DNA of 64,000 nt from an uncultured archaeon (lineage in GTDB: Archaea; Thermoplasmatota; Poseidoniia; MGIII; CG-Epi1), in contig CAZOEZ010000001.1 in NCBI GenBank assembly GCA_964578995.1, positions 19,627-83,626 on the forward strand. Reading direction: 5' to 3'. The position numbers were made by a program, and so were the translations under genes. Shown piece after piece: positions 47,676 to 56,921 of this stretch; position 1 is the first letter of the stretch; every line of letters begins with the position of its first letter. A model generated the notes under the pieces. The model was given only the letters and a program-made list of their open reading frames with translations, was not told the DNA's origin and did no database searches.

Positions 47676-48173
47676 TCATGCACCCGTTGTCTCCTTAACA
47701 GCAGAAATAATGGAATCAATTTCATCACGACCTAAGGAAAAACGCTCTCTAGCAAATATAGAACGGACATCATCAGGATGCATTGGTAGAATATCTGCAA
47801 TCTTTGCAGCATAATAATCATCAACATGTTCTAAGGTAATGACTTTTTCTATAATAACTTTAGATTCTTTAGGATTACTTTGAGAGACTAGACGAACATG
47901 ATCTAAAGCCAATTTATGTTCATATTGAATTTGCTCAATTAAATTCATTCTCTGTGAACTACAAGAATCACATGTAGGACCTACTGGTACCTCTGGTTCT
48001 TCACCATCTTCCGAGCTTTCGGATACTACAGGTTCAGGTTCAACATCTGGAACTGGCTGGAAATGACCACAATCAACACATCGGAGTCTATTTTCTCTAA
48101 TGCTTAATTCTTTTTCGAGAAGCTCTTTGACATCCCCTAGTGGAACTGGTTCAGGTTGTGATTCTATATCCAT
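47676..48173 (-). CDS. rpoF: DNA-directed RNA polymerase subunit Rpo4/RpoF (Rpb4 homolog) with an inserted Zn-ribbon / acidic segment
   Basis: 165 aa. The C-terminal HRDC-like region (AAKIADILPMHPDDVRSIFARERFSLGRDEIDSIISAVK) matches Rpo4. A roughly 50-aa insert carries C-x2-C...C-x2-C. Confidence 0.6.
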   Translation of the reverse strand: MDIESQPEPVPLGDVKELLEKELSIRENRLRCVDCGHFQPVPDVEPEPVVSESSEDGEEPEVPVGPTCDSCSSQRMNLIEQIQYEHKLALDHVRLVSQSNPKESKVIIEKVITLEHVDDYYAAKIADILPMHPDDVRSIFARERFSLGRDEIDSIISAVKETTGA

Positions 48174-48183
48174 TTTATCTCCT

Positions 48184-48477
48184 TTAATTAGCCTTTCTTA
48201 AATGTTCAGGACGGACTATCAAGTCCTTATCCATATTACCTACACGGGTACGTATAACATATGCTTTTCCCTGAATTCTTATTACTTTACCAGTCAAACC
48301 ATGGAATCTATGATGAGGTTGCCCCCTATGATAAGATGGATCTATTACAATATTAACAGTATCTCCATCTTCAAATGTCTGTAATGAACGTGTTATTGGT
48401 GATAGCCCACGCTCTCTAGATGGGCGAGAAAGTTTATGGCGTGAACCACTCCGCAATCCTTGGGACCGTTTAGTCAT
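48184..48477 (-). CDS. rpl21e: ribosomal protein L21e
   Basis: The protein reads MTKRSQGLRSGSRHKLSRPSRERG...HHRFHGLTGKV. The start is set at MTKRS. The track extends to 48546. Confidence 0.85.
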   Translation of the reverse strand: MTKRSQGLRSGSRHKLSRPSRERGLSPITRSLQTFEDGDTVNIVIDPSYHRGQPHHRFHGLTGKVIRIQGKAYVIRTRVGNMDKDLIVRPEHLRKAN

Positions 48478-49738
48478 TTTTTTCCTCTTTGGCTTCAAGA
48501 TGAAGGTTAAGGACGTCCAAAACTTCCACCTTGCAACTAGCATCAATCAACGAAGAGAGACTAGGAACCGTACGGCCTTCGTCCCCACTGACAAGCTCAC
48601 GTATGTATGTGCCGTGCTGTGCCCTGATAACCAATTCCACCATATTGTCTTCAAAAGACAAAACCTCAACATTGTTGATTAAGCGGGGGCGTACCAAGTC
48701 AGCTCGACGATGTGACACACGCGTTGGTGTCCGCTGTTCGATAACTGTGCCCGTCAACCTTTGCGAGCCTTTCTTAAGGCTTTCGATAGAGGTTATATCG
48801 GAAACTGAAACATCTACTCTATAACTTTTGTCGCAAACAGTGTTTTTTAGTTCCGCCACTCTAGGTCTATCTACAAACCTCAGATTATTGACCTTAATTC
48901 TATTATTATTAGCTTCATTGATTTCCTTTTCAAGTCCTTCAAGATTAAGATTTCGAACCTTTGGCATCCTTAACTCTAATACAAATGGTCTCCCATCACC
49001 CAACATTGCAGCATCAATATCTTCTCGCCCCATACCATGGAACAAATCTTCCGCACACAAACTCTCTCGAATAAAATAATTAGCAATTAAAGATTGAACT
49101 GAATCGGGATATAATTGTCCTGTATTATCACATTTTCTACATCCTATCCCCTTACAACTACTACAAGGCCAGCGTGTCTGTGGTACTGTTCTATCAAATT
49201 TGTTATAATTACCCTCTATGAAAAGTGATTTGATCTCCAAGTCAATCGTATCATAACTAGTATCTATAATTGCTACTGCATCAGGACTTTCTATCTTAGC
49301 TTCTATCGCTGTATTCTTCCAAACTCCTATTCCAGTCTCACGATTTAATTGAGATTTAATTGATTCTCCAATGTTTTCTCCAAAGACTAATTGAAAATTC
49401 GATTCTCTTGATAATAAATCCCTATCGACAATCGTGCCTATCTTAAAACTAGAAATAGAATATTCAGACATGGAAGTAGATACTAATTCTACAAAATTTG
49501 GTATTTCACTAATCAAACCATCACATATTCTACAGTCAGAATCATCTGAAATAAGAATGGTCTGCAAATCTACTTCTTCTTGAATCTCTAATTGATTTAA
49601 AATTTCGATTCCTCTCTCACGATTATCTAAACCAAAACCTATTTTCCCGACAGTGCGGCCTAAACAAGATAAGCAAAATGGGGCAAAATCTCGTATTTCT
49701 TTCAAATTAAGCATTAGATAAGGATTCCCTGACTTCAA
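48470..49738 (-). CDS. pus10: tRNA pseudouridine synthase Pus10
   Basis: 422 aa. It has N-terminal Zn-binding CxxC pairs plus a THUMP-like domain and a C-terminal pseudouridine synthase domain. It lies in the conserved rpl21e-rpoF neighbourhood. Confidence 0.75.
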   Translation of the reverse strand: MKSGNPYLMLNLKEIRDFAPFCLSCLGRTVGKIGFGLDNRERGIEILNQLEIQEEVDLQTILISDDSDCRICDGLISEIPNFVELVSTSMSEYSISSFKIGTIVDRDLLSRESNFQLVFGENIGESIKSQLNRETGIGVWKNTAIEAKIESPDAVAIIDTSYDTIDLEIKSLFIEGNYNKFDRTVPQTRWPCSSCKGIGCRKCDNTGQLYPDSVQSLIANYFIRESLCAEDLFHGMGREDIDAAMLGDGRPFVLELRMPKVRNLNLEGLEKEINEANNNRIKVNNLRFVDRPRVAELKNTVCDKSYRVDVSVSDITSIESLKKGSQRLTGTVIEQRTPTRVSHRRADLVRPRLINNVEVLSFEDNMVELVIRAQHGTYIRELVSGDEGRTVPSLSSLIDASCKVEVLDVLNLHLEAKEEKND

Positions 49739-50429
49739 TAGCTAACTCTGGTACGTCCGTTATTATAGAATGAACTTCCTGGTTAATAAGATTACGTAGT
49801 AATTCTTTATCATTTACAGTCCAAACTTGAATAGGTATCTGCTTTTTAGAAAATCTAAGTAGCCATCCTGCTTCAAATATTTTATAATATGGTGAAATAA
49901 AGTCAGCTCTTGTTTCAGCAAAGCTACTGCAAGTAAAACACTCATTAATAACATGTAAGAACTGATTAAAGCTGTAAGATGAACCAAGAAGCATGCCTGT
50001 GTTTATTTTTTGATCGAAATCTTTTATTGATTTCACAGCATCTAAATTGAATGATTTAATGGTAAAAGAATCATATTCGAAGTAATCTAAAACCATAGTA
50101 ATTACATCTCTCTCATAACCACCTTCTTTCAACTCGACATCCATCTTAATTTTACCTTTAGCCTGCCAAAGTATCTGTTCCAATGTTGGAATTTGAGAAT
50201 TCATTTCTATAATCTCAGAATAATTTAGATTTGTAATAGGTACATTGTCTATTTCCAAATCGTGGAAACATATAATCTGAGAATCTTTAGTTCTACGAAC
50301 ATCAACCTCAACCATATCAACACCTAAATCTATTGCATCACTAACAGCTTGAAGACTATTGTCCTCACTATTTTTTGAAGTGCGACCCCTATGTGAAATG
50401 ATTTTTGTACCCATTATTGATGCAAGCAC
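49707..50429 (-). CDS. glycerophosphodiester phosphodiesterase (GDPD family)
   Basis: 240 aa (ISHRGRTSKNSEDNSLQAVSDAIDLGVDMVEVDV, ICFHD). Confidence 0.8.
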   Translation of the reverse strand: MLASIMGTKIISHRGRTSKNSEDNSLQAVSDAIDLGVDMVEVDVRRTKDSQIICFHDLEIDNVPITNLNYSEIIEMNSQIPTLEQILWQAKGKIKMDVELKEGGYERDVITMVLDYFEYDSFTIKSFNLDAVKSIKDFDQKINTGMLLGSSYSFNQFLHVINECFTCSSFAETRADFISPYYKIFEAGWLLRFSKKQIPIQVWTVNDKELLRNLINQEVHSIITDVPELAIEVRESLSNA

Positions 50430-50452
50430 ACCGTATGTTTAAATATTAAATA

Positions 50453-51223
50453 GTGTTAGTAGGTGGTAAAGGGATTGCCATGGATAGTGAAGCAGAACAA
50501 AGCACGGGAATGTCCGGCCAAATAGAAGATTTGATTGTTGATTTAGGTAATGAACGTTTTATGACTAGACATGAGGCATTGAACAAGTTAAGAGATATGT
50601 TACCATCTCATGAAAAAGTAATAGCAACTGAATTAGTAAGGTGGATCCAACTCTACGGAAAATCGGATGCTGGTAGTAGTGCTTCCTTCGTAAACAAGGC
50701 CGCTATGGACTTATTCCAAGGAATGACTGAAATGGGATTAGAACCCTTAATCAATGAAGGTTTAACCGAAGGTGATTTCTATGCAAGAAGGAGTGTTATG
50801 GATGCTATTGGAAGAACCGGTAGAATGTCTGTTCTACCATATTTGATTGATGGAATAGAAGATAGTGACAGATATACTAGATGGCAAGCTGCAAAAGGAC
50901 TAGGACGATATGCTGGTTCAAGTGAAGCACGAGAAGCTCTAGTCAAAGGTTTAGCTGACAGTGACCCCTATGTAAGAAGAAGGGCTGGACGCTCTTTAGA
51001 GAAATTTGGTGGCGTTGGCCCTAGTGAAGACAAAGTTGAAGGACCAATGGAAGAAGAAGATGGTGACATTGACGGAGATGGAATACCAGATTCTCAGGAT
51101 GAAGAACCCAGAATAGCAGATTATGATTCAATGACTGTGCCACAACTCAAAAAGGCCCTCAAAGAAAAAGGATTAACCGTCTCAGGTAAGAAAGCTGATT
51201 TGATAGCTAGACTAAAAGAATAG
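50453..51223 (+). CDS. HEAT-repeat (PBS-lyase type) protein with a C-terminal SAP domain
   Basis: 256 aa with HEAT-like repeats (DPYVRRRAGRSLEKFG and others) and a C-terminal SAP motif TVPQLKKALKEKGLTVSGKKADLIARLKE. Confidence 0.55.
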   Translation: MLVGGKGIAMDSEAEQSTGMSGQIEDLIVDLGNERFMTRHEALNKLRDMLPSHEKVIATELVRWIQLYGKSDAGSSASFVNKAAMDLFQGMTEMGLEPLINEGLTEGDFYARRSVMDAIGRTGRMSVLPYLIDGIEDSDRYTRWQAAKGLGRYAGSSEAREALVKGLADSDPYVRRRAGRSLEKFGGVGPSEDKVEGPMEEEDGDIDGDGIPDSQDEEPRIADYDSMTVPQLKKALKEKGLTVSGKKADLIARLKE

Positions 51224-51225
51224 AA

Positions 51226-51882
51226 TCATTCTTCTACATCTCCTTCTATTTCAGATTTAGAAGCTGTTACCACCCCTGGAGTAGGTTGAGAATTAGGGGG
51301 TGCAACTTTAACATTAGAATTCTTGGATTTAGTAGTAACATCGTTCATAGAAAGCAAGGCTATTTCTCTTTTATCAAACCAGAAAATGAAACAAGAAGGA
51401 CAGGAATCTATTGTAACAGATTTTTTCAGTTTTCCATGTTTTAAATCTGCGGCTAAATCAACTGTCAACATCACGGCACCAAAAAATTCACCTATTATCG
51501 GAATTCCACGGGCAAAAAATCCCAGATTTTTTGAAGGATTCAGCATTGCTTCCTCCTGCTTTGCCATGTGTCTACCTCTTTTGTAAAATAGTTCAATTTC
51601 AACCATAGTTTTACTACATTTGGGACAGGCAAGTGAACCAAGGCTACCAGAACTCAGAGTTTCCCATAACTTGTTTTTCCTCAATTTATTGAAGCTTTTT
51701 ATTCCTTTATTTTCAAATGTTTTAAGTTCGTCTAGGCTTATCATAATTCCTTTGCATTTCTTACAGTCAGTTCGTTTTCTCATTCCATATTCTAAAGTTC
51801 GCCCGTAGCGTAGGTTTCCACAACCCCTTGGACAGGGCATCTCTTTCAAAGGCTCTTCTTCAAATCTAACGACTTTTGCCAT
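51226..51882 (-). CDS. protein with two zf-TFIIB-like zinc ribbons
   Basis: 218 aa. First ribbon: CPRGCGNL...CKKCKG. Second ribbon: CPKCSKTM...CPSCFIFWFD. Confidence 0.5.
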   Translation of the reverse strand: MAKVVRFEEEPLKEMPCPRGCGNLRYGRTLEYGMRKRTDCKKCKGIMISLDELKTFENKGIKSFNKLRKNKLWETLSSGSLGSLACPKCSKTMVEIELFYKRGRHMAKQEEAMLNPSKNLGFFARGIPIIGEFFGAVMLTVDLAADLKHGKLKKSVTIDSCPSCFIFWFDKREIALLSMNDVTTKSKNSNVKVAPPNSQPTPGVVTASKSEIEGDVEE

Positions 51883-51883
51883 A

Positions 51884-53224
51884 CTAAGGAGTAGTTCTAC
51901 GCATAGTACGTGGAAAGGGAATTACGTGCTTAATGTGGTTAGAACCACAAATCCAGCTTACGGTTCTATCAATACCAAGGCCAAAACCGGAATGAGGAAC
52001 ACTACCAAATTTCCTAATGTCTAAATACCATCCATAAGATTCTGGTTCTAAACCTTCCTCTCTAATTCTTTCAACAAGCTCATCAGGTGACCAAACTCTC
52101 TCACCACCTCCTATTATCTCACCATATCCTTCTGGTGCCAATAAATCATGACAAACCAATGATTTAGGATCATTTGGATCTGGTCTATGATAGAATCCTT
52201 TCTCTTTTGGGAAATTAGTGATGTAAAGTGGAGATTTCAAATCCTGAGTAAGGGCTTTCTCTTCTTTGTAACCAAAATCATCACCCCAAGACAAATCAAA
52301 GCCCATTGAATTTAACTTGTCAAGAACGTCTTCATACTTCATCCTATCAAATGGCGCTTTGATATTTTCTAGAATTGAAATATCTCTTCCAAGAAATTCT
52401 AATTCTGGTTTGTTAGATGACAAAACCTCTTTGAGAATATGCATAACCATTCCTTCTTCTAAATCCATCATCTGATGATTATGGAGCCAGGCAGACTCAA
52501 CTTCAGCATGCCAAAACTCAGTCAAATGACGGCGAGTCCGAGATTTTTCTGCCCTAAATGAAGGCGCAAGTGTGAATATATTCTCTAAACCAAACATTGT
52601 TGCTTCTGCATAAAGTTGCCAAGACTGACTCAAGTGGGCATAGAATTTCTGACCACTTTTCTCATTGTCATCATCATATGAAACATTGAAAAGTGTAGAA
52701 CCGCCTTCACAGGCTGATGTAGTGAAACTGGGGGATTGTATCTCTGTAAATTCCAAATCACTCCAATAATCTCTGAATGCTTTGAATACTGTTGAACGTA
52801 TCTTAAGAGCAGCCACCATATTTCTACTGCGTAACCACAAATGCCTGTTATTCAGAAGGTGCTCGTCACTTTGATCTTTAGTTATGGGGAAAGTTTCAGC
52901 AAAATGAAAAACCTCGAATTTACTTGCTCTAATTTCCCAACCCCCTGGAGCTCTATCGTCCTTTACAGGTTCACCCTCAAGAATAACTGAAGACTCGATT
53001 AAGGCTTTACTTGCTCCATCAAAATCAGACTCCCCTACTTTATCCTTAGAAACTGTGCACTGGACAATGCCTGTTGAATCTCTAACCACCACAAAAGCCA
53101 ATTTACCTGAGGAACGTGTTCTGTATATCCATCCCCTAATTTTAACGGATTTCTTTGATTTACCTTTCAATATGTCACTAATGGGCGTGTACTCGTCACT
53201 GTTTGGAAACTCTGGATACTCCAT
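51884..53224 (-). CDS. asnS: asparaginyl-tRNA synthetase
   Basis: 446 aa class IIb. Matching segments: PSFRAEKSRTRRHLTEFWH, LAPEGYGEIIGGGER and GFGLGIDR. Confidence 0.85.
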   Translation of the reverse strand: MEYPEFPNSDEYTPISDILKGKSKKSVKIRGWIYRTRSSGKLAFVVVRDSTGIVQCTVSKDKVGESDFDGASKALIESSVILEGEPVKDDRAPGGWEIRASKFEVFHFAETFPITKDQSDEHLLNNRHLWLRSRNMVAALKIRSTVFKAFRDYWSDLEFTEIQSPSFTTSACEGGSTLFNVSYDDDNEKSGQKFYAHLSQSWQLYAEATMFGLENIFTLAPSFRAEKSRTRRHLTEFWHAEVESAWLHNHQMMDLEEGMVMHILKEVLSSNKPELEFLGRDISILENIKAPFDRMKYEDVLDKLNSMGFDLSWGDDFGYKEEKALTQDLKSPLYITNFPKEKGFYHRPDPNDPKSLVCHDLLAPEGYGEIIGGGERVWSPDELVERIREEGLEPESYGWYLDIRKFGSVPHSGFGLGIDRTVSWICGSNHIKHVIPFPRTMRRTTP

Positions 53225-53296
53225 TAATATGCGATTAAATGCACTTCATAATACTTTCCGGTGATAATTCTATTTAGTTCAATCTGATGTATATCT

Positions 53297-53506
53297 ATGT
53301 TAGGCATTATTTCATGCCCCAAATGCAAACATGTTTGTGGAGTTGATTTAGACTACAAAAGTAAAAAATGTGCAAAATGTGATTATAAAATGAAGATTAA
53401 CAAAATAAGAATTTGGGTAAAAACAAATGATAACTTAGACTTACCTGAATTAATAAATAAAGTTAAAAAAGAAATAGCTGAACCTTCTATATCTTTAGAT
53501 TATTGA
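53297..53506 (+). CDS. small zinc-ribbon protein
   Basis: 69 aa (CPKCKHVCG...CAKCDYKM). Confidence 0.4.
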   Translation: MLGIISCPKCKHVCGVDLDYKSKKCAKCDYKMKINKIRIWVKTNDNLDLPELINKVKKEIAEPSISLDY

Positions 53507-53552
53507 AGAGGTCTGATTTTATATACGGTGCGCGAGTGCGACCAACCTAATA

Positions 53553-53657
53553 ATGAAGAGAAGCTCTCGAGTTTGGAAAAAAGCCGGAAAGCAGCGTTGG
53601 AAATGGCGTAAGAAGAAAATGCGCCGTAGAAAACGTGAAAGAAATCGTAACAAGTAA
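53553..53657 (+). CDS. rpl41e: ribosomal protein L41e-like small basic protein (34 aa)
   Basis: Not in the ORF track. Sequence: MKRSSRVWKKAGKQRWKWRKKKMRRRKRERNRNK. The pattern RWKWRKKxMRRxKRxR matches archaeal/eukaryotic L41e. Confidence 0.6.
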   Translation: MKRSSRVWKKAGKQRWKWRKKKMRRRKRERNRNK

Positions 53658-53710
53658 TAGTTGAATTAATCGAGATATTTCCTTATAATGGCATGACATG
53701 AGGGTTTAAG

Positions 53711-55324
53711 ATGCCTGTAATAAATATTGAATTTGATGACCTAAATCGGATGCTAAAAGAGCCCTTAGATTCTGAGAGTTTTTCAAAGATTATTTCACAG
53801 ATAGGTGCAGATCCTGACGAAATTAATGAAAAAGATGCTATTGTCGAATTTTTCCCAGACAGGCCTGACTTACTATCCACAGAAGGAGTTGCAAGGGCTA
53901 TTAGGGCATTTACAGAACAACCATTAGGTCTTGTAGATTACAAGACAAATGCGGCTACGACACATATGCTTGTGTCTCCCGATGTTTTAGAGATTAGACC
54001 TTCTGTTTTGGGCGGTATTGTAAGAGGTATTAAACTTGATGATATGGCAATAAAATGTTTAATGGAGCTCCAAGAAAAGTTACATGTAACACTAGGCCGT
54101 AAAAGAAATAAAGTTTCTATTGGAATTCACGATTTAGAAAAATTAGAAGGGCCATTCAACTATACTACTTGTTCCCCCCATGAACCTGCTTTTGTCCCCC
54201 TCCAAAAAGATTACGAAATGACACCCGAAGAAATTCTAAAAGAACACCCCAAAGGAATCGAATATGCACATCTTCTGAAAGAATTTAAAGAATATCCTAT
54301 AATTACAGACTCAAAAGGTGAAGTTGCATCTATGCCACCTATCATCAATGGTGCATTAACTACAATTACTGACAAAACAACAGAGGTCCTAATTGATGTA
54401 ACGGGTTTGGACCAAAATGCTGTAGAAGCATGCTTGAATATCGTTGCAGCAGCACTAGTCGAAAGAGGTGGAGAAATTGAACAACTAGAAATTAGATATC
54501 CTACTGAAAAAATAATAGTGCCCCAGATGGAACCAAAAACGCATAAAATTAAAAATGATTATTTGGTAAATTTACTAGGTCTTGATGTTGAGAATTTTGC
54601 TGTATTCAAAGCATTTAGAAAATGTGCCATGGAACCGGATCTAAAAGACGGAACTTGGCATGTAAAAACACCTGCCTATCGCGCAGATATAATTCATCCA
54701 ATAGATTTACTCGAAGAAGTAGCAATAGGTTTAGGATATGACAATTTACCTGAGCAACTACCAAAAGAAACCCGATTCGGTGATGCATTAGAATCAAGAA
54801 AACTAGAGAAAAATTGTAGAGAAACAATGCTCGGTATCGGATTTCAAGAAGTTGTAACTCTCACACTTACATCCACTAAAATGCTACATGAAACCACAGG
54901 AAGAGAAAGCAACTATGAAGCTGAAGTCTCAAACCCTGTTACTGAAGACTACCATATGCTGCGATCAAGTATCCTACCAAACCTGATAGAATTGCTGAAA
55001 AGCAATAGACACAGAGAGTTGCCACAAAGAATATTTGAAGTTGGACAAGTGGTAATTGAACATAGTAATCGCACATCACTAGCATGGGTTGAACTGGCAA
55101 GTAAATCTACTTTTTCCAGTGCAAAAACAACTGCAGAAATCATATCAAAGAGACTTGAATTAGAGGGGGAGCCTACCGAATATGATGATTCGCTTTTTAT
55201 TCCTGGAAGATGTGTTCAGATTAAATCCGAAAATGCTGCACTGAAATATGGCGAAATCCATCCACAAACACTGGAAAAATATGAACTTGGTTATCCTGCA
55301 ATTGGCGGGGAAATAATTTGGTGA
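53711..55324 (+). CDS. pheT: phenylalanyl-tRNA synthetase beta subunit
   Basis: 537 aa archaeal PheT with B3/B4 and B5 domains. A GAGGG Shine-Dalgarno lies upstream. Confidence 0.88.
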   Translation: MPVINIEFDDLNRMLKEPLDSESFSKIISQIGADPDEINEKDAIVEFFPDRPDLLSTEGVARAIRAFTEQPLGLVDYKTNAATTHMLVSPDVLEIRPSVLGGIVRGIKLDDMAIKCLMELQEKLHVTLGRKRNKVSIGIHDLEKLEGPFNYTTCSPHEPAFVPLQKDYEMTPEEILKEHPKGIEYAHLLKEFKEYPIITDSKGEVASMPPIINGALTTITDKTTEVLIDVTGLDQNAVEACLNIVAAALVERGGEIEQLEIRYPTEKIIVPQMEPKTHKIKNDYLVNLLGLDVENFAVFKAFRKCAMEPDLKDGTWHVKTPAYRADIIHPIDLLEEVAIGLGYDNLPEQLPKETRFGDALESRKLEKNCRETMLGIGFQEVVTLTLTSTKMLHETTGRESNYEAEVSNPVTEDYHMLRSSILPNLIELLKSNRHRELPQRIFEVGQVVIEHSNRTSLAWVELASKSTFSSAKTTAEIISKRLELEGEPTEYDDSLFIPGRCVQIKSENAALKYGEIHPQTLEKYELGYPAIGGEIIW

Positions 55325-55722
55325 AATTACCTGTTTGCTTTGAACCCAAATCTACAGCTACGGTTTTCAGAAGATTATTAGATGAATTGGGATATCAATA
55401 TAAGAGAACTAATGTCAACCGAACATATAGTAGTGTTGCTATTGTAATAGCACTTGAAAGAACAGCAATGGTTTACAGGTATGAAGTCGATGAAATTGCT
55501 GCTGTAGTTGACATATGGAGTGAAAGACCGAGCTCAGGAAATATAACCTATATCGAAATCAAAGGAAAAAATGAACTGGATAACAGAAATATATTGAAAT
55601 TGTTTTCAGAGAAACTCCCTAGAAAGCCGTGGGAATATACAATAGGACAAAAATTAAGAAATGGATGGTTTAGTCAAGGAATATTAGGGGCCAAGAAATC
55701 TTGGTATAAAGTAATAAAATGA
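55318..55722 (+). CDS. hypothetical protein, translationally coupled between pheT and priS
   Basis: 134 aa with no recognisable motifs. It has a TTG start and overlaps both the pheT stop and the priS start. Confidence 0.4.
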   Translation: MVKLPVCFEPKSTATVFRRLLDELGYQYKRTNVNRTYSSVAIVIALERTAMVYRYEVDEIAAVVDIWSERPSSGNITYIEIKGKNELDNRNILKLFSEKLPRKPWEYTIGQKLRNGWFSQGILGAKKSWYKVIK

Positions 55723-56921
55723 GCTTGTTAAAAGATATTGAACCTATTAAAACCAAAGATTACCTTAAAGATAAATTTCAAGAATATTACAAAAATGCAG
55801 ACATTACACTTCCTCCTAGATTTACTTCAAGAGAATGGGGTTTTCTTAGATGGAAAGGCGGAATAATGAATCGGCATGTGAATTTTCGCACCATTAAGGA
55901 AGTTAAAACCTACTTGGCAAGAATTGCACCAGCACATTGCTATCATTCTGTAGCATATTACAAGGATCCGAGCAAGAATACTATGGTTGACAAAGAATGG
56001 CAAGGTGCAGATTTAATTTTTGATTTAGACGCTGACCATTTGCCTGAAATGGAAGATGTCAAAAAAGGGAAAATACCTTTCTCTAAACTTATGGGATATA
56101 TCAGAGAACAAACATACAGACTTGTAGTTGATGTTCTATTAGGCGATTTTGGATTGAGTGAAGAAGATTTATTGATTACATTTAGTGGAGGAAGGGGATA
56201 TCATGTTCATGTAAGAACTCCTGAATTGCTGACATTACCATCAGGAGCGAGACGAGAAATCGCAGACTATCTCACTGGAAAAGGTTTAGACTTGAACAAA
56301 ATATTAATTGATGCAGGATATACAAAGGAATATCCCATTAGAGGAAAAGGCATTGAAAGAAAAAATCTAGGTATTGAAAAACTACCTAAAAAAGACGCAA
56401 AAGGCTGGCAGGGAATTATCACCAGATACATTCACCATACCCTAGACGATTTAAGAGAAAAAAATGATGATGATGATGAGAAAAAAACCATTATGAAAAA
56501 ATTTGGTGTTTCGAACGATATGCTAGATTTCAAGGATAATAATGATAATATATTCAACAAACTTCCTAAAACACCAAAAAGACTATTTGTAAAAATTGCC
56601 TTAAAAGAAACTGCAATACACCCTGATGAACCCGTAACAGGAGACATACACCGACTAATCCGTTTACCTGGTTCTTTACATGGCGGATCAGGGCTAAAAG
56701 TTACTACTATGGATTCTAAGAAATTAGAAAGATTTGACCCCATGAAAGATGCAATTGCATTCGGCAATAATTTAGTTAAAATACGATCAATTGTCAGTCA
56801 CCCTGTGACAATGGGAGATGGACTTGCTACTCTAAAGCCTGAAAGTGTTGCTGAGTTACCAGAAATGGCAGCAATATATTTTATGGCCCGTAACTGGGCC
56901 CACTTAGTCCTTGAAACATGA
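55719..56921 (+). CDS. priS: DNA primase small (catalytic) subunit PriS
   Basis: 400 aa with the catalytic IFDLDADH motif and collinear with AEP primases. Confidence 0.85.
   Translation: MSLLKDIEPIKTKDYLKDKFQEYYKNADITLPPRFTSREWGFLRWKGGIMNRHVNFRTIKEVKTYLARIAPAHCYHSVAYYKDPSKNTMVDKEWQGADLIFDLDADHLPEMEDVKKGKIPFSKLMGYIREQTYRLVVDVLLGDFGLSEEDLLITFSGGRGYHVHVRTPELLTLPSGARREIADYLTGKGLDLNKILIDAGYTKEYPIRGKGIERKNLGIEKLPKKDAKGWQGIITRYIHHTLDDLREKNDDDDEKKTIMKKFGVSNDMLDFKDNNDNIFNKLPKTPKRLFVKIALKETAIHPDEPVTGDIHRLIRLPGSLHGGSGLKVTTMDSKKLERFDPMKDAIAFGNNLVKIRSIVSHPVTMGDGLATLKPESVAELPEMAAIYFMARNWAHLVLET

Noticed and set aside
48478-48546. N-terminal extension of the L21e ORF (MMLVARWKFWTSLTFILKPKRKK)
   Set aside because: L21e homology starts at MTKRSQG. 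The extension overlaps the Pus10 3' end and derives from an alternative start codon in the six-frame track.
53250-53296. Possible C/D-box sRNA between asnS and the Zn-ribbon gene (GTGATAA ... CTGATG elements)
   Set aside because: The C-box has a mismatch and there is no clear terminal D-box or terminal stem. The spacing is atypical and the region is more simply a promoter for the downstream small gene.
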